Shown: positions 10,676 through 21,141 of the stretch, in pieces
Layout of the letters: every line of letters starts with the position of its first letter
Numbering within the stretch: position 1 is the first letter of the stretch
Assembly (NCBI GenBank): GCA_965218095.1
Contig: OZ244587.1
Span: 3,456,001-3,520,000, forward strand
DNA from: Candidatus Poribacteria bacterium
Lineage (GTDB): Bacteria > Poribacteria > WGA-4E > PCPOR2b
Direction of reading: 5' to 3'
Length of the DNA stretch: 64,000 nucleotides
The notes under the pieces: generated by a model
The model's database searches: none
The model's input: only the letters and a program-made list of their open reading frames with translations
Told to the model about the DNA's origin: nothing
Translations under genes and position numbers: made by a program

Positions 10676-13600
10676 ATGCGTCGAAGCTTGATCTATTTTT
10701 GGAGAATTCATCTTGCGGTGTTGCTTGGTGCCGCCGTAGCGACAGCGGTCCTCACCGGTGCACTTCTGGTCGGTGATTCCGTTCGAGGCAGTCTACGAAA
10801 TTTGACTCTAGATCGACTCGGTAAAATCGATCATGCGATGATATCAGTGCGTTTCTTTCGAGAAATGCTGACAACAGATTTGTCAACCTCCGCGGCGTTC
10901 AAAACACAACTCGACCACGTCGTGCCTGCGATTCTCTTAAGCGGAGCCGCGGTGAACGCCAACACCCAAGCCCGAGCATCTCGTATCCAGATCCAGGGAA
11001 TCGACGAACGATTTTTGGACTTATGGTCGAACTCTGAAACAGTCAATCTGGACGATTTTCTGACAAAACAGCCAGGGCAGGTTTTTCCATCGGTCATCAT
11101 CAATAGGGCCCTCCAAAAAGAATTAGACACCAAAGTTGGCGACCCCATCCTCATCTCTTTTGAAAGACAGGGTGAGGTTCACCGTGAATTTTTACTCGGT
11201 CGTCGAGATTCCTCCGATGTCGTGCAAACCCTCCGACTCGACGTCACAAAAATCATCCCCGATCGCGGCATAGGCAGGTTTGGTCTACGTCCGCATCAAA
11301 GCCTGCCGTTGAATGCCTACGTTTCCCTACCCGTTTTACAAAAAGCCCTCGGACAAGCGGAAAAGGTAAACGCAATCCTCGTCTCTTGGCCCTCCTATTC
11401 TTCTGATCTCACGGCTGGCGCCGTACAGCCCCTGCAAAACAGACTGCATCGGGTTTTGAAATTAGAAGATCTTGGCTTGAAGCTTCGCCAGAGCAACGAT
11501 TATTTCTCCCTCGAAAGCACACAATTCCTGCTCAAGCCGAATATCATTGAGGGCGCCAAAACGGCTCTAATTGAAAGGCGGGCGCTGTTTCTGCCGATCA
11601 TGACCTACGTAGCCAACGCCATCACTGCCGACGGGCGAACGATTCCGTACTCGACGATTACAGGATTAGATACGCAGCGTGCCCCGTCCCTTAAATTGAC
11701 CGACGGGTCACCGGCACCTGCGCTTGCTGAGGATGAGATCCTCCTCAACGAATGGGCAGTCGAAGATTTAAGCGCGAAGGTTGGGGATAAGATTGACGTG
11801 AGTTATTTTGTGGTTGGTTCCAGAGAAGAATTGTTGACGCGACACGCCCAATTTCGCTTGAAAGGCATCCTGGCATTAGAAGGTTTAGCCGCCGATTCGG
11901 TACTGACACCGGAATTTCCGGGAGTTTCTGATGCGGATGACATGTCCGAATGGGATGCGCCATTTCCGATTCATCTGAGTCAGATTCGCCCCAAAGATGA
12001 AGCATATTGGGATCTATTCGGCGCCGCTCCCAAGGCTTTCGTGTCAGAAAAAACGGGCCAGCAGTTGTGGCGCAGCAGATTTGGCGATTTGACCGCTATT
12101 CAGGTTAGGACAAATTTTGGCGCTGATGTTCAGAAAACTCATGCAAATTTTCAAAGGCGGTTGCTGGAAAAAATTCGCCCTGAACAGGTTGGTTTTGCCT
12201 TTCAGCCGGTCAAAGCCCAGGGCTTAGAAGCCGCTTCAGGGGCAACAGATTTTAGCATGCTTTTTATTGGATTCAGTCTGTTTCTCATTGTATCCGCCGC
12301 CCTTTTGGTGGGACTGCTTTTCAGGCTTGGTGTTGAACAGCGGGCCGGCGAGATGGGTGTTTTGCTGGCTGCGGGTTATCCTATTTCCGCTGTCCGCTGG
12401 CGTTTTGTGAAAGAAGGTGGGCTGCTCGCTGGGATTGGCGGCGTGATTGGCTTAGGCGGGGCTGTCATTTATGCCTGGCTCCTGATGGTAGGACTGCGCA
12501 CCTGGTGGTTGGCGGCGGTGGGGACGCCTTTCCTGTCCCTGCATATCAACCCATTGAGTTTGCTCCTTGGATATTTGATCGCCGTCGTCGTCGTCTTATT
12601 TTCAATCGGGTGGACGGTTCGGCAATTCGGCAAAATGCCTGTTTGGGCGCTGATGGCTGGTATGTCGAGCGCTGGAGCACTCTTCTCCAGAAGTTCGGGA
12701 GGACTCGCTCGCAGGCGGATCATCGCTTTTGCCAGCTTGGGGCTCACCGTCGCTTTGACGATATTCGCCATCCTTTCTGGCGCGACATCTTCAGCCGGAC
12801 TATTTTTCGGAAGTGGGGTGCTCTTGTTGACTGCGGGGCTGGTTTTCTTTTCCCTGTGGCTGCGGGCGGCTACCCCCTCTAACGCCGCCTTTGTAAGAGG
12901 GAGAACCGTCAAGATGGGCGTCAGAAATAGCGCGCGCCATCCGGGGCGCAGCATACTCTGCACGGCGCTGGTCGGCTGTGCCTGTTTTGTCATCGTTTCG
13001 GTAGGCGCCAACCGTCACACGGAGACACAGCACGACACATCTCTGAGAAAAGCGTCTGGCGCGGGGGGATTTGCTTTGGCGGCGGAATCAGACATCCCGC
13101 TGCATCACGACTTGAATTCTGAGGATGGGCGGTTCGAGTTGGGGTTTTCCAAATCGGATTCGGCAATCACGGCTGGCACCCACATTGTTCCATTCCGCGT
13201 CCTGCCGGGGGAGGACGCCAGTTGTCTCAACCTTTACCAACCGCAAAAACCTCGAATCTTGGGCGTTCCCAACGATCTAATCAAACAGGGTGGATTTCAA
13301 TTTCAGCAAACGACCACAACACAAGAGAATCCATGGCGTTTGCTCAAAGGTGAGATCGAACCCGGCGTGATTCCGGCGATTGGGGATTACAACTCAGTCC
13401 TTTGGATCTTGCATCTTGGACTTGGTAAAGATTTAATCATACAAGATGAATTGGGGCAGGAGTTAAAACTCCGTTTAGTAGGACTTTTACAGGAAAGTAT
13501 TTTTCAAAGCGAACTACTGATTTCAGAAGCTAATTTCACCAAACACTTTCCGAGCCAGAGTGGGTATTCCTATTTCTTGATTCAAACGCCTGTAAGTGCA

Positions 13601-14101
13601 AATTCCAAACCTGCGCCTACGGAAAAGATGGCGCAAACTTTGGAGAAGGCTCTGAGTAATTACGGCTTTGATGTTACCTCAACAGCCGAAAAGTTAGCCA
13701 ATTATCAAGCCGTTGAAAATACGTACCTTTCTACGTTTCAAACGCTCGGTGGACTCGGGCTGCTCCTTGGAACGCTGGGTTTAGGGATTGTTTTGTTGAG
13801 GAACGTCATTGAACGAAGCAGAGAGCTGGCAACCCTGCGCGCCTTCGGTTTTCGCCGATCGACTTTATCGATGATGCTTTGGGTGGAAAATGGAGTTCTC
13901 CTTGTGATAGGGATACTGATCGGCAGTTTTTCGGCGCTCATCGCGGTGGCGCCGCAATTGATTGCCCCAGGCAAACAAGCTCCCTGGCTCTCGCTATCGA
14001 TTACCTTGATTGTTGTGTTTTTCGTAGGCATGATTGCCAGCGCGATAGCTGTCTTTTTTGCCATGCGGTGGCCCCTGCTTCCTGCGCTGAAAACAGAGTA
14101 A
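10676..14101 (+). CDS. large FtsX/MacB-like ABC permease
   Basis: two permease halves (VEQRAGEMGVLLAAG; VIERSRELATLRAFGF) with large extracytoplasmic loops. Confidence 0.9.
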   Translation: MRRSLIYFWRIHLAVLLGAAVATAVLTGALLVGDSVRGSLRNLTLDRLGKIDHAMISVRFFREMLTTDLSTSAAFKTQLDHVVPAILLSGAAVNANTQARASRIQIQGIDERFLDLWSNSETVNLDDFLTKQPGQVFPSVIINRALQKELDTKVGDPILISFERQGEVHREFLLGRRDSSDVVQTLRLDVTKIIPDRGIGRFGLRPHQSLPLNAYVSLPVLQKALGQAEKVNAILVSWPSYSSDLTAGAVQPLQNRLHRVLKLEDLGLKLRQSNDYFSLESTQFLLKPNIIEGAKTALIERRALFLPIMTYVANAITADGRTIPYSTITGLDTQRAPSLKLTDGSPAPALAEDEILLNEWAVEDLSAKVGDKIDVSYFVVGSREELLTRHAQFRLKGILALEGLAADSVLTPEFPGVSDADDMSEWDAPFPIHLSQIRPKDEAYWDLFGAAPKAFVSEKTGQQLWRSRFGDLTAIQVRTNFGADVQKTHANFQRRLLEKIRPEQVGFAFQPVKAQGLEAASGATDFSMLFIGFSLFLIVSAALLVGLLFRLGVEQRAGEMGVLLAAGYPISAVRWRFVKEGGLLAGIGGVIGLGGAVIYAWLLMVGLRTWWLAAVGTPFLSLHINPLSLLLGYLIAVVVVLFSIGWTVRQFGKMPVWALMAGMSSAGALFSRSSGGLARRRIIAFASLGLTVALTIFAILSGATSSAGLFFGSGVLLLTAGLVFFSLWLRAATPSNAAFVRGRTVKMGVRNSARHPGRSILCTALVGCACFVIVSVGANRHTETQHDTSLRKASGAGGFALAAESDIPLHHDLNSEDGRFELGFSKSDSAITAGTHIVPFRVLPGEDASCLNLYQPQKPRILGVPNDLIKQGGFQFQQTTTTQENPWRLLKGEIEPGVIPAIGDYNSVLWILHLGLGKDLIIQDELGQELKLRLVGLLQESIFQSELLISEANFTKHFPSQSGYSYFLIQTPVSANSKPAPTEKMAQTLEKALSNYGFDVTSTAEKLANYQAVENTYLSTFQTLGGLGLLLGTLGLGIVLLRNVIERSRELATLRAFGFRRSTLSMMLWVENGVLLVIGILIGSFSALIAVAPQLIAPGKQAPWLSLSITLIVVFFVGMIASAIAVFFAMRWPLLPALKTE

Positions 14102-14308
14102 GGGAAGTTGAAGGTAAATGTGTGCTATCATTAAATGCGTGAGAAAACCTGTTCCAGTTAGCGTATCAAGAACACGATAGGGGATTTGAGTTCAAGAATT
14201 GAAGGGTTCAAAAGTTCAATGAACCCCTGAACTGTTGCGAGTTTAATTTCCAGTTCCGATGCGGTTTCTCAAAGATTTAGTGATAGTACAGAAAATGACC
14301 AGCCCCCG

Positions 14309-14911
14309 TCAACCTTTCACATATTCCCACCCATCGACCAGAACAGGGATGCCGCGAACCACGCACATCGCAACAGCAATAGTTGCGATGACGACGCCCG
14401 CCGCCTCGAATCCCGCGATGACTTCTACAGATAGCGATACACCCTTGAGCGCAATAACGCCCCCCAGATAGAGAAACGTGATCGTTTTGAAAGTGCCGTA
14501 GATGCTGCGACTCGCCCGTGAACTAGTGAGCATACGCGTCCATCCGGATCGCATCATCGTTTTCTCACCAAATGCGCTCTTTCCCTGCGCAAATGCCGCG
14601 CTCCGCAAACCGTCCGTCACAAACCCTCGTGTGAGAACGATCATCGGGATCCAGAAGGGAATCAAGCCAACAATGGCAAAATAGATCCAGTAGACATTTT
14701 CGACAACCCGATCGCCGATGATGTCAAACAACCCGCCGAAATCTGAAGTCTGCCTCAGCTTGCGGGCAACATAGCCGTCAACCGCATCGAGTGCGAGGAT
14801 TAGGGCTGTCATTATAATCATTAGGAGATCGAGATAGACATGCTGACCGAAAAGCGCAACAACGACAAAAACGAGAATTAATCGAATGAGGGTAATAAAG
14901 TTCGCAACCAT
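14309..14911 (-). CDS. CDP-alcohol phosphatidyltransferase
   Basis: DAVDGYVARKL...G..FDIIGD signature; GGAGG RBS before MVANF. Confidence 0.92.
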   Translation of the reverse strand: MVANFITLIRLILVFVVVALFGQHVYLDLLMIIMTALILALDAVDGYVARKLRQTSDFGGLFDIIGDRVVENVYWIYFAIVGLIPFWIPMIVLTRGFVTDGLRSAAFAQGKSAFGEKTMMRSGWTRMLTSSRASRSIYGTFKTITFLYLGGVIALKGVSLSVEVIAGFEAAGVVIATIAVAMCVVRGIPVLVDGWEYVKG

Positions 14912-15061
14912 TTTTTGCCTCCGAAAGTGTATGTTATACCGTTTACAGTTCATAATGACACTTTTCAGATAGACTAACGCCGAAATCTGCCCGTATATCT
15001 TGCATAATGAGGATTTTGGAAAGCTGTCATTTTAAAGTGCATTTGGTATTATGCCTTTTTG

Positions 15062-15077
15062 AGCAAGCCTCATGCCA
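15062..15077 (-). promoter_or_regulatory. sigma54 -24/-12 promoter
   Basis: TGGCAT-GAGGC-TTGCT matches TGGCAC-N5-TTGCW, about 150 nt upstream of the phosphatidyltransferase. Confidence 0.65.
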
Positions 15078-15120
15078 AAAAAAGCCCGCGGGAACACAAC
15101 GTGCGGTGTTCCGACGGGCT
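15077..15120 (-). terminator. Rho-independent terminator downstream of the deacetylase
   Basis: AGCCCG..GGAACAC / GTGTTCC..CGGGCT hairpin followed by T7 on the minus strand. Confidence 0.55.
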
Positions 15121-15291
15121 GATGCGTTTCATCCCTGGAAATGAGACGGAATGTTACTCCTCATGAATACACCGAATTTCATGAATTCTGTACGTCAGGC
15201 TGTGTTTTTGGGGCTCTCGTTTGGGTGGGAACGCCGAAAATTTTGCGTCTGTCTGCATAAATTGCGCAATGGTTGGAAAACCATCCCCTAT

Positions 15292-16134
15292 TCAACTTAA
15301 ATTAACTTCAAGAGCCGATACACACCGAAAAAGGTCTGCATAGGTACAGGGCGTCAACCCAAGTTCGCGGACGAAAGCAAACGTCAGTTCAAGCATTTTC
15401 ATTTCGGGGTCAAACGCATTGAGCGACCACGGATGCCAGATGAGAGAGACAAAGATAAGGCCTGTCTCCGCGGCTCGCTCCAGGAAAACTCGGTTGATAG
15501 CAAATTCCTCCGCCGGGGTGGAAATGAATGAAGAGGGAATTGATTCGGGCATCTCTGGCGGCCAAAGCGTCACCCGCCGCGCTCCCCAACGGTTGTGGTC
15601 TTTCAACAGGTTTTCGTGCCAACCGTGTCCCGGGAGTTCCCACAAATTGGGGAAGCCATCCGAGGTATAGGAAAACGGCTGAATCAGTAGGGCGGGCAAT
15701 GAATAGTCTGGGCCCCAGGTCATACTGCTCATGTAATGAAACCTCGCTTCGGTGATGAAGCGGAGGACATCCGGTGCGCCTTTCAACCCATCATCAAAGC
15801 CGCACCCGGGGCGGATGCCAAGACACGGACGCTCGAAGACGCTTTCAATCGCGGCTTTTCCCTGAAAAATCTCTTCACGCTTCTGTTCTTCCGGTGCGGC
15901 TGGTCCACAGAAGGGATGGTCCCGCAGCATCTTGTGGGAATAGGTATGAGACGCAACCTCGAAAAGCGGATCGTCCAACAGCGCCCGGTATTCCACTGGA
16001 TTTGCTGCAAGTGTTTTGCCGGTGATGAAGAATGTGGCGGGCATTTCATATCGGTGATGGACCTGGACAATCTTACGGCAAGCTGCGAGGCAAGCAGGGG
16101 ATTCTGTGTCGTAAGCGGCGATGTAATGAGTCAT
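15292..16134 (-). CDS. polysaccharide deacetylase family protein
   Basis: AYDTE, ATFFITG, EVASHTYSH and WHPW NodB-like motifs. Confidence 0.85.
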   Translation of the reverse strand: MTHYIAAYDTESPACLAACRKIVQVHHRYEMPATFFITGKTLAANPVEYRALLDDPLFEVASHTYSHKMLRDHPFCGPAAPEEQKREEIFQGKAAIESVFERPCLGIRPGCGFDDGLKGAPDVLRFITEARFHYMSSMTWGPDYSLPALLIQPFSYTSDGFPNLWELPGHGWHENLLKDHNRWGARRVTLWPPEMPESIPSSFISTPAEEFAINRVFLERAAETGLIFVSLIWHPWSLNAFDPEMKMLELTFAFVRELGLTPCTYADLFRCVSALEVNLS

Positions 16135-16538
16135 GGTCTCTCCAATAGAATGTGATGGAAGACTGCTGTCGGTTCAATTGGGCCGGTCTGAACCTCACTT
16201 CGAGCCGATTTTGCAAACGGCGTGGCAAAGTAGCAGTTCATATCGCTTTGCGCTTTGACGGACAGGTAACGCAAGTTGATGTCATAACCTTTCCCCTTCT
16301 AATAGCTTTGATTCTCTGTTAACCTTTGGTGCTAGTTGGTGAGGATGTAGTCTCCACAAGGGTTGTAGAATTTACATATTCGACCTCGCAAAGAATGGAT
16401 CGTTGCTATGACTGGATCTTTGGTTTCAAACTAGCACCATTAGTTTATTATACGCATTCGGAGGGCAAAGTCAACGAGAAAATGGCAAGGTCATCTGTGA
16501 TCACACACCAAATACGCAGATTTCGCGAAAGGGTATAA

Positions 16539-16774
16539 CTTGACTTTGTTACATTCGCCCCCCGGCCCCCAATTCTGGGGGAGTTTTTGCGATTCTCCCA
16601 TTCGTATCAACTTTAGCCCGGTACGGGCGATATGTTTATAGAAATCGCGCACCACCAGAACCCTAGCTCCAGAGGAGCTCTCCCCAAAGTTGGGGGGATT
16701 GAGGGGGGCGAGGTCCGGGGGGGTGAGCCAGCAGTGGATCTGCCGATGAGCCCTTTTAATCTAACAAAGTCAAG
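16539..16774. mobile_element. MITE (236 bp) carrying nested REP-like palindromes
   Basis: 13-bp perfect TIR CTTGACTTTGTTA / TAACAAAGTCAAG flanked by an ATAA direct repeat. Confidence 0.75.
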
Positions 16775-16822
16775 ATAATTGGATTCAGTTTTTTTGAAGG
16801 TGTGCAGCGTAAACGTACTGTT

Positions 16823-17893
16823 TTACGCCTCGAAAAGTGACGCATCATAATCAGCTAGCGGAAACCTGGGGACGACATCTGGATTAACAATATGATTAGG
16901 GTGGGGCCAGTGACCGCTCAAGATTGCCACGGCGTTCTGGATTCCGCCGGTGGCAACGTCCTGTCCGGCTTGCACGGAAAAGGAGGCAACGTGGGGGGTG
17001 AGAATCACATTGTCAAGCATCAACAAGGGGTGGTCTGGCGGGGTCTCAACTTCAGTGAATGGGTCAATCCTCTCGAATGTATCGAGCCCCGCCCCGGCCA
17101 ACCTGTCCTCTCTAAGCGCATCCACCAACGCCATCTCATCCACAAGTGCCCCGCGCGATGTGTTTATTAAATACGCGCCCGGTTTCATTTTGCGCAGCGC
17201 AACTTCATCGAGGAAATGATAGGTCTCAGCAGTCAGGGGCAGGTGCAAGGAAACATAATCGGATTCTGCAAGCAGTGTATCGAGCTCTACCATTGTGACG
17301 CCAAGTTCATCAGCTTCATGGCGCGGGGCATTCATATTCCGCCGCGTGGCAATCACCTGCAAGCCAAACCCTCTTGCCTGCCTGGCAACTGCGCGTGCGG
17401 AGTTGCCAAAACCAACTAACCCCAGAACACACTCCGAAAGACGCTGGTTCGTCCGCGCGTGACGTTTTGCCCTGCTCCATGCTCCGTCAGCTATGGCTTG
17501 CGACATCTGAGGCAGTTTACGCGCCAGACCCAGCAATAACGCCATCGTGTGGTCTGCCTGTTCCTCGACGCAGAAGTTGGGCACGTTGGTGACCATAATC
17601 CCTTTACGGGTCGTCGCCGCAACATCGATCTTGTCTGTGCCAGTCCCGAGTCTTGAGATGACCCGGCAGTGGGACAGGCTTTCAATCACCACTTCCGGCA
17701 GAGCCACCGAAACAGCAAAAATCGCGGCAGAATCGACAACATGGGGAATGATCTCCTCCGGCGTGTAGGCTTCCACCTGAACGGGGTTGAGATTGTATTT
17801 CCGGTAAAGCTCGGCTTCAAACGCATTCACCGGGAATAGGGTCGTGTTTAAGCGCACAACTGAGAAATTTCTGAGATGATTCCAGGTAGACAT
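16823..17893 (-). CDS. D-2-hydroxyacid dehydrogenase (CtBP/SerA-like)
   Basis: GLVGFGNS, SLHLPLT, INTSRG and LTPHVA motifs. Confidence 0.92.
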   Translation of the reverse strand: MSTWNHLRNFSVVRLNTTLFPVNAFEAELYRKYNLNPVQVEAYTPEEIIPHVVDSAAIFAVSVALPEVVIESLSHCRVISRLGTGTDKIDVAATTRKGIMVTNVPNFCVEEQADHTMALLLGLARKLPQMSQAIADGAWSRAKRHARTNQRLSECVLGLVGFGNSARAVARQARGFGLQVIATRRNMNAPRHEADELGVTMVELDTLLAESDYVSLHLPLTAETYHFLDEVALRKMKPGAYLINTSRGALVDEMALVDALREDRLAGAGLDTFERIDPFTEVETPPDHPLLMLDNVILTPHVASFSVQAGQDVATGGIQNAVAILSGHWPHPNHIVNPDVVPRFPLADYDASLFEA

Positions 17894-18143
17894 GTGGTGC
17901 CTCCGTCATATCATTCGATCCGTTGAAATTTTGGCTCTGTGAAAATGGATGTCGTTCCCGTTATCTTCGCAAAAATCCGCGTCGGCGTCAAGTAGAAAAT
18001 TCCTTGTCCTATCACTATTGTTAAGTAATTTCAAAAAGAAAGTAATGGTTTGTAGTGAGGTCTCTAGCGTAGCGAGATCCCGTGTAACAGGGCGATTTAT
18101 TTACCTGTGACGAAGGCAGACAGGTCGCCGTTCCAGACGCGCA

Positions 18144-18720
18144 ATGTTTATTTTTCATTTTGAACCGTTTGCATTACATGAAATTTCACTCATTGAATTG
18201 GCAATGGGCGATATCACCCAGGCCCTTGAAACCGTATCCCAAGGGTTGCGCCTTTCATATCAGATCCGGGATTTATCCGATTTACGTACTGAGTTTGCTT
18301 TCAAAGCCTATTGTGAATTCCCGCTGGGCAATATGCCCCGGGCGTATCAGGACTTTGAAATCGCCTTCTGCTATGCGCAAAGGCGCCAAGCCAATCAACA
18401 ATTCTTATACTCGGGATCGGGAATTTATCAAGCTGAATTCTTCATCCGTCTTGGGGCGTGGAAGTGGTTTGAGGCGGTGAATGCCTGGAATATGGAGATT
18501 TGCGAAGAAGAACATTGGAACCAGCATTTGGCTCTTTGCCATCTTCTTCAGAGCTGGTATGAGATATGCCGGAAAAGGTTTCCCCAGGCAAAAGCAGCGT
18601 TGACTCAAGCCGAGCGCATCCTGCGTTCATCCGGTTTGGTGGAGTATGCCTGCCGCTTGGACTGGGCATAGGCGCTGCTGGCGGAAGTTCGGGGGGATTA
18701 TGCAGCGTTTTGGGTGGGGA
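18144..18720 (+). pseudogene. fragment of a TPR-like helical protein
   Basis: helical-repeat character, no clear N-terminus; reading continues past the TAG at 18669 (ALLAEVRGDYAA). Confidence 0.4.
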
Positions 18721-19342
18721 AACGAGTCAGGAGGGCTAGCTTCCAGTTGGGTGCGATGAAAACGGAAAGCCATGTAGAATCGGGCTGTGTCAAATCTGCC
18801 AGCACACCAAAGTGATCCAAAACCCCAACCATAGTCGTTTCTATCTGTGCCTCCTCTCAAAATCCAGTTCCGACTTTGAGAAGTACCCACGTCTCCCTGT
18901 ACTGACCTGCCACGGCTATCACCTCTAGAAGCAGTACGCTTCAGGAGCAGACAGGTAGTCCGAAAGAACGTGCATCTAGATAAACCCCAGATCTCATGGA
19001 AAGGCGCAATTTAACTTGCCTGAGTGGGCCGTTGGCGACTAACCAATCGAGTCACTTCGTCTTCTCGAAGGCCACCTGATGCGGCCCCTTGCCATTCCTC
19101 GAAGATCACGCCTGCACCCCACTTCCTGTTGGCTTCTACTTCGCAAAAATCCGTCATGGTGTCAAGGAGAGAATTCTGGTATAAACGAGTGTGGACGGAA
19201 AAACTGGAAACGATAAACTCGAAATTCTTGCATTCTCGATAACTTTGATGTTGAATATCAGTCATGCTTCCCTTATAATATTTGACATTGGATTAGTCTG
19301 ACATATCAACTCACCAAACTTGTACTTCCATAGGAGGTTCTC

Positions 19343-19756
19343 ATGTTCAAACACACTGTTTCACTTCTGGCAGTATTGGTCCTATTTGTTGCCGCTTGCG
19401 CCAAAATTGACTATATTGGACAAGCCTATCCGCCTACCACTCATGTTGACCTTTACTTTTCAGAGGACGACGTAAGGGAAGATTATCAGGTGATGGGACA
19501 TGCTGTTGCACAAGCGGGCGAATTCCTCAGTACAGAGAACTTGCAGAAACAATTAGAAGCGAAGGCACGCGAGAGGGGTGCTGATGGAATGATTATTCAC
19601 GGATTCGATCGGATACAGACTGGAGAGACAACCACATATAGTGAGGAAACAAAGCGGAGAGGGAAGAAACACAGTACAACCGCTGTCACGACTACGAATA
19701 CCGAAGAGGAAAGACAGATTAAAGCGATTTTTATCAAGTATAAGAAGAAGATGTAA
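19343..19756 (+). CDS. hypothetical lipoprotein (YbjQ-like fold possible)
   Basis: lipobox VAAC, AGGAGG RBS, KARERGADG motif. Confidence 0.75.
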   Translation: MFKHTVSLLAVLVLFVAACAKIDYIGQAYPPTTHVDLYFSEDDVREDYQVMGHAVAQAGEFLSTENLQKQLEAKARERGADGMIIHGFDRIQTGETTTYSEETKRRGKKHSTTAVTTTNTEEERQIKAIFIKYKKKM

Positions 19757-19837
19757 GGCTTGGTGGATATGCGCTGTATAGTTGGGTCTTTTATTTCACC
19801 GACTGCCGCGAGGCAGTCAAAGGAGGATACACGTAGA

Positions 19838-21028
19838 ATGAACACCGCCGAAATTAAATCAATGGCGACAGAGTACATTATGAACACCTACGGCGACCGC
19901 TCGCTGGCGTTCGTCCGTGGGGAAGGGGCTTACCTCTGGGATGCGGATGGGAAAAAATACCTCGATTTTCTGGGCGGTTTAGCCGTCAACGGTTTGGGGC
20001 ATTGCCATCCGAACGTGGTCTCAGCCATCTGTGAGCAAGCGGGAAAACTCCTGCATGTCTCCAATCTTTACTACATCGAACCACAAGCACAGTTAGCGAA
20101 ACTGCTGATCAACAACTGCGATCTGGATCAGTGCTTTTTCTGCAACAGTGGTGCGGAAGCGAATGAGGCGGGGATTAAGTTAGCGCGGAAGTTCACTAAG
20201 GATCAAGGCAACATTGACGCCTACGAGATCATCACGATGGAGAACTCTTTCCATGGGCGGACGATGGCGACAATTACGGCGACAGCCCAAACCAAATATC
20301 ACGAAGGGTTTGAGCCGATGGTCCCCGGATTCACGTATGTTCCGTATGATGATCTCCCCGCAGTCGAAGCTGCAATCAGCGAAAAGACGTGTGCGATTCT
20401 TGTGGAACCGATTCAGTCTGAAGGGGGTGTCAACACACCGAGCAGTGACTATCTCCAGGGATTGCGCGAGCTTTGTGACAGACATAATTTCGTGCTGATT
20501 TTTGATGAAGTACAAACAGCAATGGGGCGTCTGGGACCATTTTTCGGGTATCAAAGCTATGGTGTGGTTCCCGACGTTATCACGATGGCAAAGTCGCTTG
20601 GTGGGAGCGTGCCAATCGGTGCGATGCTTGCGAAGAAGCATATTGCTGATAGTTTCGTTCCCGGCACCCACGCCGCAACGTTTGGGGGAAATCCGTTGGT
20701 GACTGCCGCAGCGTGCGCAACCGTGAAAACAATCCTTGATGAAAATCTCGGCGAAAATGCGCTTAAAATGGGCGAACGTTTGGCGGACAAATTGATGCAA
20801 CTCAAAGATCAGTACCCAATTAAAGAGGTCCGGGGTAAAGGCTTGTTGCTTGGATTGGTTTTGTCTGTCGATGCCAATGCGCTCGCCGGCAAATGTATCG
20901 AAAATGGCTTAATCACGATCTGCACGAACAACTACGTCCTCCGTTTCTTACCGCCGCTCAACATTACCGCGGCACACGTTGACGAAGCAGTTTCAATTGT
21001 TGAAAAGTCACTGGCTGAGACAATCTAG
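19838..21028 (+). CDS. argD: acetylornithine aminotransferase
   Basis: FFCNSGAEANE, SFHGRT, DEVQT, MAKSLGG and TFGGNP motifs. Confidence 0.92.
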   Translation: MNTAEIKSMATEYIMNTYGDRSLAFVRGEGAYLWDADGKKYLDFLGGLAVNGLGHCHPNVVSAICEQAGKLLHVSNLYYIEPQAQLAKLLINNCDLDQCFFCNSGAEANEAGIKLARKFTKDQGNIDAYEIITMENSFHGRTMATITATAQTKYHEGFEPMVPGFTYVPYDDLPAVEAAISEKTCAILVEPIQSEGGVNTPSSDYLQGLRELCDRHNFVLIFDEVQTAMGRLGPFFGYQSYGVVPDVITMAKSLGGSVPIGAMLAKKHIADSFVPGTHAATFGGNPLVTAAACATVKTILDENLGENALKMGERLADKLMQLKDQYPIKEVRGKGLLLGLVLSVDANALAGKCIENGLITICTNNYVLRFLPPLNITAAHVDEAVSIVEKSLAETI

Positions 21029-21141
21029 GTTTCACCTGTGATGCTTTGCTGACTGTTGGCAACTCAATCCGTTGGTGGCTTCAATCACCACCGGATTGTT
21101 TCGTCGAGGAAAGAACTATCATTCACGAGGAGGCAGCACCT

